Shown: positions 46,386 to 54,706 of the stretch, in pieces
How the letters are laid out: each line of letters starts with the position of its first letter
How positions within the stretch are numbered: position 1 is the first letter of the stretch
Origin: Rhodoluna sp.
Lineage (GTDB): Bacteria; Actinomycetota; Actinomycetes; Actinomycetales; Microbacteriaceae
Reading direction: 5' to 3'
NCBI RefSeq assembly: GCF_024641065.1
Contig: NZ_JAHEDV010000005.1
Span: 8,744 to 72,743 of the forward strand
Length of the DNA: 64,000 nt
Made by a program: the position numbers and the translations under genes
The notes under the pieces: generated by a model
What the model saw: only the letters and a program-made list of their open reading frames with translations
Databases searched by the model: none
Told to the model about the DNA's origin: nothing

Positions 46386-47530
46386 TCTGCAATTTTACTA
46401 GTGCCACCAACCGCAGCGACTGATTCAACCAGGGCTTTGAGCGCTGATTCAAGTTCAGCCTCAGTGGTTTGGTGGCTCAGGCTAAATCGAACTGCGGTCT
46501 GGGCTATCTCGGCCGCAAACCCCATTGCGGTCAAAACATGTGATGGCTCATCGCTCCCGGCCGCACAGGCTGAACCGCTCGAAACTATGACCGAGCGGCG
46601 TTCAAGCTCAAGCAAAATAGCCTCGCCGCTCAAGCCCTCAAAGCAAAAGCTTGCAATGTTTGCCAGGCGCTTGGTCATGCTGCCGGTGGCAACTGCGCAG
46701 GGCACTGCCTTCAGCACTTCCGCTGCAAAGGTGTCTCTAAGGTCTGCGATCTGCTTGGCAGCTTCATTTGGCCAAGGGTGCAGCGCAAGTGCGCTCGCCA
46801 AAGCTACCGCCCAAGCAACATTCTCGGTGCCTGATCTGCGCTCGGCTTCTTGGCCGCCACCGTGAATCAATGGTTCGACTCCAAATTTTGCACGGATGAA
46901 CGTCGCCCCAGAACCTTTAGGCGCACCAAATTTGTGCCCCGAGATGGTTAGCGCATCTACGCCGAGCGTCGAGATTCGACAATCAACCCAACCAACGCAC
47001 TGCACTGCATCGGTGTGCAATAGCGCACCCACCTCATGGGCAGCTGCAGCAAAACTCGCGATTGGGTGAACGGTGCCAACCTCGTTGTTGCCGAGCATGA
47101 GTGTTACCAAAGTTGTGTCGGGTCGCAAGGCTGCGGTTAGGTCGGCAAGCGCAATCGCACCATCGGCGGCAACCGGCAGCCAGGTTATTTCAAAACCATG
47201 CTGGCGTTCTAGATAGTCGAGAGCCTCGAGCACAGCCTCGTGTTCAGTTCTCGCACTAATCAGATGACGACCTCGTGGGTTGGCCAATGCCAGGCCCTTG
47301 ATGGCTAGGTTGTCACCCTCTGTGCCGCCCGAGGTGAACACAACTTCGCTAGCGCGGCAGTCAAGCCACTTTGCCACTTGAGCGCGAGCTGACTCTAAGG
47401 CCTCATTGGCGCGAAAGCCCAACTCGTGGGTGCTCGATGGGTTGCCAAACTCGCTGGTTAGCCAAGGCCAAGCAGCTTGCAACGCCTCGGGTCTAACCGG
47501 GGTGGTGGCTGCGTGGTCGAGGTAGATCAT
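46382..47530 (-). CDS. Cysteine desulfurase (NifS/IscS class V aminotransferase) attached to the NAD operon
   Basis: YLDHAATTP, SGHKFGAPKG (PLP lysine) and SSGSACAAG (catalytic Cys). Positioned after nadC, like the corynebacterial nadS. Confidence 0.88.
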   Translation of the reverse strand: MIYLDHAATTPVRPEALQAAWPWLTSEFGNPSSTHELGFRANEALESARAQVAKWLDCRASEVVFTSGGTEGDNLAIKGLALANPRGRHLISARTEHEAVLEALDYLERQHGFEITWLPVAADGAIALADLTAALRPDTTLVTLMLGNNEVGTVHPIASFAAAAHEVGALLHTDAVQCVGWVDCRISTLGVDALTISGHKFGAPKGSGATFIRAKFGVEPLIHGGGQEAERRSGTENVAWAVALASALALHPWPNEAAKQIADLRDTFAAEVLKAVPCAVATGSMTKRLANIASFCFEGLSGEAILLELERRSVIVSSGSACAAGSDEPSHVLTAMGFAAEIAQTAVRFSLSHQTTEAELESALKALVESVAAVGGTSKIAE

Positions 47531-47533
47531 GGT

Positions 47534-48391
47534 TTAGGCGTCGATCTTTACGTCGAGGCCCAGGTCAAGTGAACGCACGCTGTGGGTTAGCGCGCCAACC
47601 GAGATGACATCAACTCCGGTGGCTGCGATTTCAGCAACGGTCTGAAGGTTTACCCCGCCAGATGCTTCGACTATGGCTCGGCCCTGAATCATGGCTACGC
47701 CCTCGCGCAGTTCATCCAAGGTGAAGTTATCGAGCATGATTATGTCGACGCCGCCGGCAAGCACCGCAGCGATCTGGTCGATTCGATCTACCTCAACCTC
47801 AAATTTCACACTCGCCGGAATCTCGTTGCGAATGCGCAACAACTCGGTGGTGAGGTCTTTGCCGCCGGCAGTAAGCACAGCAAGGTGGTTGTCTTTGGCA
47901 AGAACCTGATCTGAAAGCGAGAAACGGTGATTTGTGCCGCCGCCATCGCGAACCGCTTGGCGCTCAAACTCACGCAGCAGGGGAGTGGTCTTGCGGGTGT
48001 CGAGAATTTTGGCCTTGGTGCCGGCAACTGCTGCAACATAGCGGGCGGTCTGGGTGGCAATGCCACACATGCGCTGGGTAAAGTTCAGGCCAATGCGTTC
48101 TGCTCGCAGCACCGCACGGGCAGAACCACTAACGATCGCCAAACTCTGACCCGCTACAAAGGCTTCGCCATCTTTGATTTTCATGTCGACGCTGATGCCT
48201 TGTTCGCAAATCTCAAAGGCAGCTTTGAAAACCTCAACCCCGCTAAAAATGCCGGGTTCGCGGGCAGCAAGTTCGGCGGTGGCGGTTGCGCTCGCCGGAA
48301 TCAAGTGCTCAGAGGTGATGTCACCGGTGGGTGCATCCTCGGCCAAAGCAGCAGAAACCACTTGAATTATGTGCTCGTGACTCAGCATCAC
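47534..48391 (-). CDS. nadC: Nicotinate-nucleotide pyrophosphorylase (carboxylating)
   Basis: EDAPTGDITS, ILDTRKTTP, DNH, IMLDNF and ASGGV motifs. Confidence 0.93.
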   Translation of the reverse strand: MMLSHEHIIQVVSAALAEDAPTGDITSEHLIPASATATAELAAREPGIFSGVEVFKAAFEICEQGISVDMKIKDGEAFVAGQSLAIVSGSARAVLRAERIGLNFTQRMCGIATQTARYVAAVAGTKAKILDTRKTTPLLREFERQAVRDGGGTNHRFSLSDQVLAKDNHLAVLTAGGKDLTTELLRIRNEIPASVKFEVEVDRIDQIAAVLAGGVDIIMLDNFTLDELREGVAMIQGRAIVEASGGVNLQTVAEIAATGVDVISVGALTHSVRSLDLGLDVKIDA

Positions 48392-49941
48392 TTTGCCTTT
48401 CGAACGATGGTAATTGGCCGGGCTAGATTCGGGTCGGTCGTCTTGAAATCAAGACGGTAGTGCCCGCCGCGAGATTCTTCACGGGCAAGTGCCGCTGCGG
48501 TTACAGCGCGCGCTAGCAATAGCAGGTTGGCGTCTTCCCAGTCGGTAAAGAGTCGGTTCTCTTTATTCGCCGATCTCCACTGGCCTAGCGCTCGCTGAGT
48601 TTCGCGAAGGCCCTCGGCAGTGCGGGCTAATCCAACGTTGTCCCACATGAGAGTCTGCAGTTCAACTCGGTCAACCACGTTTCTTGCAGTTCTAGCCAAT
48701 GCGCTGTCAGATTCATCCAAGATTTCAATCTCGGCAACCAGCCCAGTCTCTTTCCAGCGGGCTGAAGCAGCCTCGGCAGGCCAAGCTTCATCGAGAACCT
48801 GAACGGCTCGACGTGAGAAAACAATTGATTCGAGCAACGAGTTTGAGGCTAGACGGTTAGCGCCATGCGCGCCGGTGCAAGCTACTTCGCCAACGGCAAA
48901 TAGGCCTTCGATCGAGGTGCGGCCCCAAATGTCGGTGGCAACGCCGCCCATCCAATAGTGAGCAGCAGGGGTAACCGGAATCGGGTTTTTGCCCCAGTCG
49001 AGACCATAGGCCCTGGTGGTTTTGCTGATGCTCGGAAACCTCTGGCTCAAGAATTCTGAACCAAGACCAGTTGCATCAAGCAACACCGGCTGCCCACCTT
49101 GCGAGAGCATCTCGGCTTGAATTCCTCGGGCAACTACATCGCGCGGCGCCAATTCGCCAAGCGGGTGAATTTTCTGCATGAAGCGTTCGCCGGCATTGTT
49201 GATCAAAACCGCGCCATCGCCTCGAACTGCTTCAGAGATCAAGAAGCTGCCCGGCACCGCCAGCGCGGTTGGGTGAAATTGATAGAACTCAACATCGGCA
49301 AGCTCAGCGCCGGCTCTGAAGGCTGCAGCAACGCCATCGCCGGTGGTTACAGCTGGGTTTGTGGTGTGACGATACAGCTGGCCGGCGCCGCCGCTGGCCA
49401 AAATAACCGCATCGGCTTCGACAAAGTGTTGCCCCGAAGCATCCATGAGGTGAACGCCCTTGATTTTGCCTTCAGAAACTTCAAAATCAATCACAAAGGT
49501 GTGTTCGTGAATCGCGGTTGCGGTTGACTTGAGAGTCTCAACCAAAGCCTTGCTGATGTCGGCTCCGGTGGTGTCGCCACCGGCGTGCAAAACCCTCGGA
49601 TGTGAGTGTGCCGCTTCAAGCCCGAGGGCAAATTCAGGGCCTTGCTTGTCAAAATCAACACCAAAACGAATCAAGTCTTGAATTCGACTTGGACCTTCTT
49701 CGCAAAGAACTTCAACTGCTGGGCGATAACAATAATTGGCACCCGCTGCCAAAGTGTCGGCCACGTGCTCGGCCACTGTGTCGTCGTGTGAAACTACGGC
49801 AGCAATTCCACCCTGGGCATAGTGGGTGTTGCTCTCAGCCAGGTTCGATTTGGTCACCAAAGTGACCTCGTGGGTTCGACTGGCTTCTACAGCTGCGATG
49901 AGCCCGGCAATGCCGCTGCCGATTACGACGAGTTTTTTCAT
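48388..49941 (-). CDS. nadB: L-aspartate oxidase
   Basis: VVIGSGIAGL FAD fold, YAQGGIAA, FHPT, RGDGA and ESRGGHYR. Confidence 0.93.
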   Translation of the reverse strand: MKKLVVIGSGIAGLIAAVEASRTHEVTLVTKSNLAESNTHYAQGGIAAVVSHDDTVAEHVADTLAAGANYCYRPAVEVLCEEGPSRIQDLIRFGVDFDKQGPEFALGLEAAHSHPRVLHAGGDTTGADISKALVETLKSTATAIHEHTFVIDFEVSEGKIKGVHLMDASGQHFVEADAVILASGGAGQLYRHTTNPAVTTGDGVAAAFRAGAELADVEFYQFHPTALAVPGSFLISEAVRGDGAVLINNAGERFMQKIHPLGELAPRDVVARGIQAEMLSQGGQPVLLDATGLGSEFLSQRFPSISKTTRAYGLDWGKNPIPVTPAAHYWMGGVATDIWGRTSIEGLFAVGEVACTGAHGANRLASNSLLESIVFSRRAVQVLDEAWPAEAASARWKETGLVAEIEILDESDSALARTARNVVDRVELQTLMWDNVGLARTAEGLRETQRALGQWRSANKENRLFTDWEDANLLLLARAVTAAALAREESRGGHYRLDFKTTDPNLARPITIVRKAK

Positions 49942-49949
49942 CGTTATGC

Positions 49950-51230
49950 CTAGAGAGGCTTCGCCGCCAACATGCGTTCGAGGGCTACTTTGGCACCCTC
50001 GGCAACTTTGTCATCGACCACAATTTGGTTCACAACCTCGCCGGCAACCAATCGCTCAAGCACCCAGGCAAGGTATCCGGGGTGAATTCGATACATGGTT
50101 GAACATGGGCAGACCACTGGGTCTAGGCAAAAAATGTTGTGCTGGCTAAACTCTGCCGCCAAGCGCTGAACCATGTTGATTTCGGTTCCGATAGCAAACG
50201 TGGTTGGTTCGGTCGCAGCCATAACTGCCTTGCGAATGTAGTCGGTTGAGCCATATTCATCGGCGGCGTCAACTACCTCCATCGGGCTCTCAGGGTGAAC
50301 AATTACGCGAACCCCCTCAAACTCGGCACGAGCCTTTTCAATTTGGGCAACGGTGAAGCGCTTGTGCACCGAGCAGAAGCCGTTCCACAAAACCACCTTT
50401 GCGTCAGTCAGCTGCTCAACGGTATTGCCGCCAAGCGGCTTGCGACCAAACCAGAGTGGCATCAGGTCGGTGCTGATTCCCATTGCCTTGGCGGTGTTGC
50501 GACCTAGGTGTTGATCCGGAAAGAACAGCACGCGCTGTCCGCGCTCGAAGGCCCACTTCAAAACAATCGCGGCGTTCGACGAGGTGCAGACGATTCCGCC
50601 GTGCTCGCCGCAAAAAGCTTTGAGTGCAGCTGAAGAGTTCATGTAGGTCACCGGAATAATCGGAGCGCGGCCCTCTGCATCAGGTTCGGTTCCATAAATT
50701 TCTTCGAGCTGTGCCCAGGCCTCGGTCACCGAGTCGATGTCAGCCATGTCGGCCATCGAGCAACCGGCGGCAAGGTTCGGCAGAATCACAGATTGCTCTG
50801 GGTTCGAAAGAATGTCCGCAGTCTCGGCCATAAAGTGCACTCCACAGAAAACGATTGCCTTGGCTTCTGGGTGGGCCTTGGCGGCATTTGCCAGCTGAAA
50901 TGAGTCACCCAGGTAGTCGGCGTGTTCAACGATCTCATCGCGCTGATAGAAGTGCCCGAGAATAACCACCTGGTCGCCAAGAGTTTTCTTAGCCGCAATA
51001 ATGCGCTGGCGCAGCTCTTCATCCGTGGCGGTTTTGTATTCTTCAGGCAACGCACCCTGGCGAGGTGAACCAGTCGGAATCAAATCACCACTGGATGCAC
51101 CTGGGCCGTAGGCCACTGGGCCGCCGTCGAATTCCCAAGGGCCTTTTGCCAGTGAAGGGCTGCAAGTTGACTCGCTGGTTTGCCCTTTGACAATTAGCTG
51201 GATGCGCTGGTTGACCGATGCAGTGGTCAT
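49950..51230 (-). CDS. nadA: Quinolinate synthase (long actinobacterial form)
   Basis: ILGHFYQRDE, FCGVHFMAET, CSMA, VTYMNSSA, CSVH and CPCSTMYRI (Fe-S ligand cysteines). Confidence 0.93.
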   Translation of the reverse strand: MTTASVNQRIQLIVKGQTSESTCSPSLAKGPWEFDGGPVAYGPGASSGDLIPTGSPRQGALPEEYKTATDEELRQRIIAAKKTLGDQVVILGHFYQRDEIVEHADYLGDSFQLANAAKAHPEAKAIVFCGVHFMAETADILSNPEQSVILPNLAAGCSMADMADIDSVTEAWAQLEEIYGTEPDAEGRAPIIPVTYMNSSAALKAFCGEHGGIVCTSSNAAIVLKWAFERGQRVLFFPDQHLGRNTAKAMGISTDLMPLWFGRKPLGGNTVEQLTDAKVVLWNGFCSVHKRFTVAQIEKARAEFEGVRVIVHPESPMEVVDAADEYGSTDYIRKAVMAATEPTTFAIGTEINMVQRLAAEFSQHNIFCLDPVVCPCSTMYRIHPGYLAWVLERLVAGEVVNQIVVDDKVAEGAKVALERMLAAKPL

Positions 51231-51925
51231 TAGTTTTCTCCTGTTTGGTTGGCGCGATAAAGCTGTGGTGGTCGGTGTTTGGTGCCGGCTAGTCGTTCGC
51301 CGGTTGGCACGACTGCGCCCTCGGCTTCAACAGTTCTTCTAAAGTTGCCCGGGTCTAGCTCACGGTTTAGAACTGCTTCATAAACCTCGCGAAGTTGAGC
51401 GAGCGTGAACAGTTCAGGCAAGAATCTGTGGGCCAGACGGCTGTATTCAAGTTTGTTGCGCAGGCGCCACAGGGCATAGTTCACGATCTCGTTGTGGTCG
51501 AATGCGAGTGCTGGCAATTCATCGGCCCAAAACCACTGCACGTTTTCGCTCTCGACGGCAGTGCCGGCTTCATCGTTGCCCACGAGGGCCCAATAAACAA
51601 TCGAAACCACTCGATCGGCCAGGTTGCTGCCCGGCGAGCGGTCGAGGCTGCCAAAGGCATAGAGCTGCTCAAGATAGCGAGGTTCTAGGTGAGTGGTCTC
51701 AAGCAGGTTGCGTGATGCCGCAGTGGCCAAGTCTTCGCTGATGTTGAGTGGCCCGCCAGGCAGAGCCCATTGGCCTTCAAAAGGGGCACGGATGCGCTTC
51801 ACTAGCGGAAGAGCAAGCTTTAGGCAGCCATCAGCGTTTGGGCGCAGGGTGAAAATTACGGTCGAAACGGCAAGGTTAGGTGCGATAACTGAGCTTTGCG
51901 CTGAGCTAACCATCTGATCCACCAT
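51230..51925 (-). CDS. nrtR: NrtR-type Nudix-related transcriptional regulator of NAD metabolism
   Basis: N-terminal Nudix fold with a degenerate box (GGPLNISEDLATAASRNLLETTHL), and a C-terminal winged-helix region (FTLAQLREVYEAVLNRELDPGNFRR). TAATG overlap with nadA. Confidence 0.85.
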   Translation of the reverse strand: MVDQMVSSAQSSVIAPNLAVSTVIFTLRPNADGCLKLALPLVKRIRAPFEGQWALPGGPLNISEDLATAASRNLLETTHLEPRYLEQLYAFGSLDRSPGSNLADRVVSIVYWALVGNDEAGTAVESENVQWFWADELPALAFDHNEIVNYALWRLRNKLEYSRLAHRFLPELFTLAQLREVYEAVLNRELDPGNFRRTVEAEGAVVPTGERLAGTKHRPPQLYRANQTGEN

Positions 51926-51927
51926 CG

Positions 51928-51985
51928 ACTAAAAGTAAAAATGACACTAAGTATTAATTATCTTAGTGTCATTTTGACTTTTAGT
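51928..51985. promoter_or_regulatory. 58-bp AT-rich palindrome (24-bp arms, 23/24 complementary, 10-nt spacer): candidate NrtR operator/promoter region and/or terminator of the upstream deaminase operon
   Basis: Left arm ACTAAAAGTAAAAATGACACTAAG (51928..51951). Right arm CTTAGTGTCATTTTGACTTTTAGT (51962..51985). It begins 3 bp from the nrtR ATG and ends 17 bp from the deaminase stop. Confidence 0.55.
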
Positions 51986-52002
51986 TCTAAAGTTTTTGAG
52001 TT

Positions 52003-52473
52003 TTACTCTTCGCCGATGTCTTCGTTCCAAAGAGCATCATTGTTCTCGATGAACTCGCGCATAACCTCAATTAGGCCAGGGTCATTCATTACGTGCACCT
52101 CGGCACCGTGTTCGGCAACCCAGTCTTGGCCGCCCATAAAGTTTTTGTCATCGCCAACCAAAACTCGACCGATGCCAAATTGGCGAATCAGGCCTGAGCA
52201 ATACCAGCATGGCGAAAGGCTGGTGGCAAGAGTTACCTTGCGATAAGAGCGTTGGCGACCAGCGTTTCTGAATGCGCTGGTTTCGCCGTGCATTGAAGCA
52301 TCGCCGTCTTGAACGCGGCGATTGCGGCCACTGCCTAGCAGTCGGCCTTCCTCGTCGAAAAGTGCGGCTCCGATCGGAATACCGCCTTCGGCGAGACCGA
52401 GGTGTGCCTCGGCAATGGCAACTTGAAGCTTCTCTTCGTCAGTAGCGAAGATCTGTCCAACTTTGAATTCCAT
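52003..52473 (-). CDS. Cytosine deaminase of the yeast FCY1 / CMP-dCMP zinc-deaminase type
   Basis: GGIPIGAAL, HGETSAF (zinc His / catalytic Glu), SPCWYCSG (zinc Cys pair), and the C-terminus ALWNEDIGEE resembling the Fcy1 end WFEDIGE. Confidence 0.8.
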   Translation of the reverse strand: MEFKVGQIFATDEEKLQVAIAEAHLGLAEGGIPIGAALFDEEGRLLGSGRNRRVQDGDASMHGETSAFRNAGRQRSYRKVTLATSLSPCWYCSGLIRQFGIGRVLVGDDKNFMGGQDWVAEHGAEVHVMNDPGLIEVMREFIENNDALWNEDIGEE

Positions 52474-52498
52474 TGCCGAGGCCTCTCGATTTAGCTAA

Positions 52499-53917
52499 TT
52501 AGTTCTTGCTGTTCTTGTCGAACTTTGAGAACACAACGAACAGTGCTGATGCAAGAACAAAACCGACAACTGCGGTTAGGTCTGGAACATCAACAATGAT
52601 TCCGCCGTCTAGTTCAACGTGGTGAATAGCAATTGCGATCGGGCCGGTGTAAAGAACCTGTGACGCGAAGCCCCAGATTGAGAACACGGTTGCGATTACG
52701 AATGCTGTTGCGCCAGCCCATGAGTTCTTAGGAGCAAGTGCACGCTCGCCAGCGTTCTTGCCGCGAGACAAGATGCGCTCGGTTAGAACAACTGCGATCC
52801 ATGGAGCAACCCAGTAAGAAACAACTAGCAAGAAGCTGTCTAGCTGGTGAGCTACGTCACCGTTGACAACACCTAGGTATGAGATGAAACCACCAACAAG
52901 ACCAGCAAGCGCAACCATGATTGCGCGGCGTGACTTGAAGCCAAGCTTGAAGCCCATTGCCAAGAATGACATTGCGCCTGAGTAGACGTTCAGGATGTTA
53001 GCTGAAACTGAACCAACCACGATGGCTAGAAGAACAACCTTTGCGAACGCTGGGTCGAAAACGCCAGTGAAGGTTTCGGTTGGGTTCTCAATGCCCCAGA
53101 AGTTGCCGTGTGCAAGAACGTTGAATGCTGCTGCACCAACAATCATGATTAGCGAGGTGCTTACGAAGTTTCCTAGACCTGCTGCAAGGCCAAGTGCCTT
53201 CTTTGAGGTGTTTGCAGGTAGGTAGCGGGTGTAGTCAGAAGCAAATGCAGTCCAACCAGCGGTGTAACCGTAAGCAGCACCAGCAGTAAGGGTGAAGCCA
53301 GCCCATGGGAAGTCAGCTGATGCACCCTCGGCAACAGAGAATGCGCCGGTCTGAGTGAATACAACAACTACCACGATTAGCCAAACAACTGCCAAGAAGT
53401 ATGAAGCGTAGCGCTCCCACTTCTGAATCAGGTTGTGACCAACAAATGCCACACCAACCTGAGCCAAGATGATGATTGCAAGGGCAACAAAGATGTTTAG
53501 GCCTGGTACTAGTGCCTCAAGAGCAAAGGTTCCTGAGATGGTGTTCACAGCGAACCAACCAATTCCGGCAACAAGGGTAGACATACCTGAAGGAATCAGG
53601 TTGCCCCACTTGCCGAATGCGTTGCGGCTTAGAACCATCTGAGGAAGGCCAGCTTCTGGGCCCCAGGTGCTTAGGATTCCGTGGGTGATACCGGCTAGAG
53701 CGTTACCCACAACAATTGCGAGAATGCCCTGCCAGATGTTGAGACCAAAGCCGATGGCAAGTGCGCCAACGAATACGGTCGCGAACTCAAGGTTCGGAGA
53801 TGACCACACAGTGAAGAGGTGCCACGCTTTACCGTGACGCTCACCTGCAGAGATCGGAGCTACGTCGTTAGTTTCGATTGAGGTTGCTTTCGCAGAGCCT
53901 GAGGTTGTTTGTGTCAT
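52499..53917 (-). CDS. codB: Purine-cytosine permease (NCS1 family)
   Basis: 472 aa with 12 TM segments and an N-terminal ERHGK..W motif region typical of CodB/Fcy2-like NCS1 transporters. It lies directly upstream of the deaminase. Confidence 0.8.
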   Translation of the reverse strand: MTQTTSGSAKATSIETNDVAPISAGERHGKAWHLFTVWSSPNLEFATVFVGALAIGFGLNIWQGILAIVVGNALAGITHGILSTWGPEAGLPQMVLSRNAFGKWGNLIPSGMSTLVAGIGWFAVNTISGTFALEALVPGLNIFVALAIIILAQVGVAFVGHNLIQKWERYASYFLAVVWLIVVVVVFTQTGAFSVAEGASADFPWAGFTLTAGAAYGYTAGWTAFASDYTRYLPANTSKKALGLAAGLGNFVSTSLIMIVGAAAFNVLAHGNFWGIENPTETFTGVFDPAFAKVVLLAIVVGSVSANILNVYSGAMSFLAMGFKLGFKSRRAIMVALAGLVGGFISYLGVVNGDVAHQLDSFLLVVSYWVAPWIAVVLTERILSRGKNAGERALAPKNSWAGATAFVIATVFSIWGFASQVLYTGPIAIAIHHVELDGGIIVDVPDLTAVVGFVLASALFVVFSKFDKNSKN

Positions 53918-53935
53918 AAGAAGAATTTACTTCTA

Positions 53936-53955
53936 AAATTCACAGCAAATTCACA
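53936..53955. repeat. Tandem direct repeat AAATTCACA-GC-AAATTCACA (11-bp period) 19-38 bp upstream of the permease start
   Basis: Read directly from the sequence. On the coding (minus) strand it reads TGTGAATTT-GC-TGTGAATTT. Confidence 0.6.
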
Positions 53956-54031
53956 TTTTTCCCAGTTTTGGCGGGCTTTAACAAGTAGTTAACAAACCAT
54001 AGAAGAATCGAAACAATAGGGTTGAATCACT

Positions 54032-54706
54032 ATGACCTACCAGGATGATTTTCTCTCGCCGATTCTCGGTGATGAGGGCGAGCTCATCCGTGTTTTAACA
54101 GAGCATTTTGATCGCAAAACCGAAGAAATAATCAAGACGGCGGTTGCCATCAACGACCTGCCGACCATCAGTCGCCTAGAAAATGTTGGATTCCAAACTG
54201 GTCGCCAATTCAGCCAAGGCAAAACGCGCATGCAGCGTATGAGCCTTGACCGCTATGACTTTGTTCGATTGATGGCCGAGACCAAAATGGCTGAACACCT
54301 TGATCTAAATATCTGGAGCTTTGCCTTCGATTCGGCCAAGCGCAGAGCCGGACTTTGCAATTACACCGACAAGCGCATCTCGGTTTCGCGTTATTTGGTC
54401 GACATTCACACCTTGGATGAAACCATGCAGGTTGTACTTCATGAGATCGCGCACGCAATCTGCGGAAAAGTCGCCGGCCACGGCAAACTCTGGCTAAAGA
54501 CTGCCAAGTCGATTGGCTATCGTGCTGAAAAATTCACCGGTCGTGAGATTGCTGAAGAGACCGCTAGTTGGGTAGGTACTTGCCCCAACGGCCACCGGCA
54601 CTATCGCTATCGCCAGCCGGCTAGAGAGCTAAGTTGTGGTCTCTGTGGCAAGGGTTTTTCTAGGCGAAACTTAATCCGATGGCAGCCAAGATCACAAACT
54701 GAGTGA
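54032..54706 (+). CDS. SprT-like zinc metallopeptidase-domain protein with a C-terminal zinc ribbon
   Basis: VLHEIAHAICG (HExxH) and CPNGH...CGLCG. Confidence 0.75.
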   Translation: MTYQDDFLSPILGDEGELIRVLTEHFDRKTEEIIKTAVAINDLPTISRLENVGFQTGRQFSQGKTRMQRMSLDRYDFVRLMAETKMAEHLDLNIWSFAFDSAKRRAGLCNYTDKRISVSRYLVDIHTLDETMQVVLHEIAHAICGKVAGHGKLWLKTAKSIGYRAEKFTGREIAEETASWVGTCPNGHRHYRYRQPARELSCGLCGKGFSRRNLIRWQPRSQTE

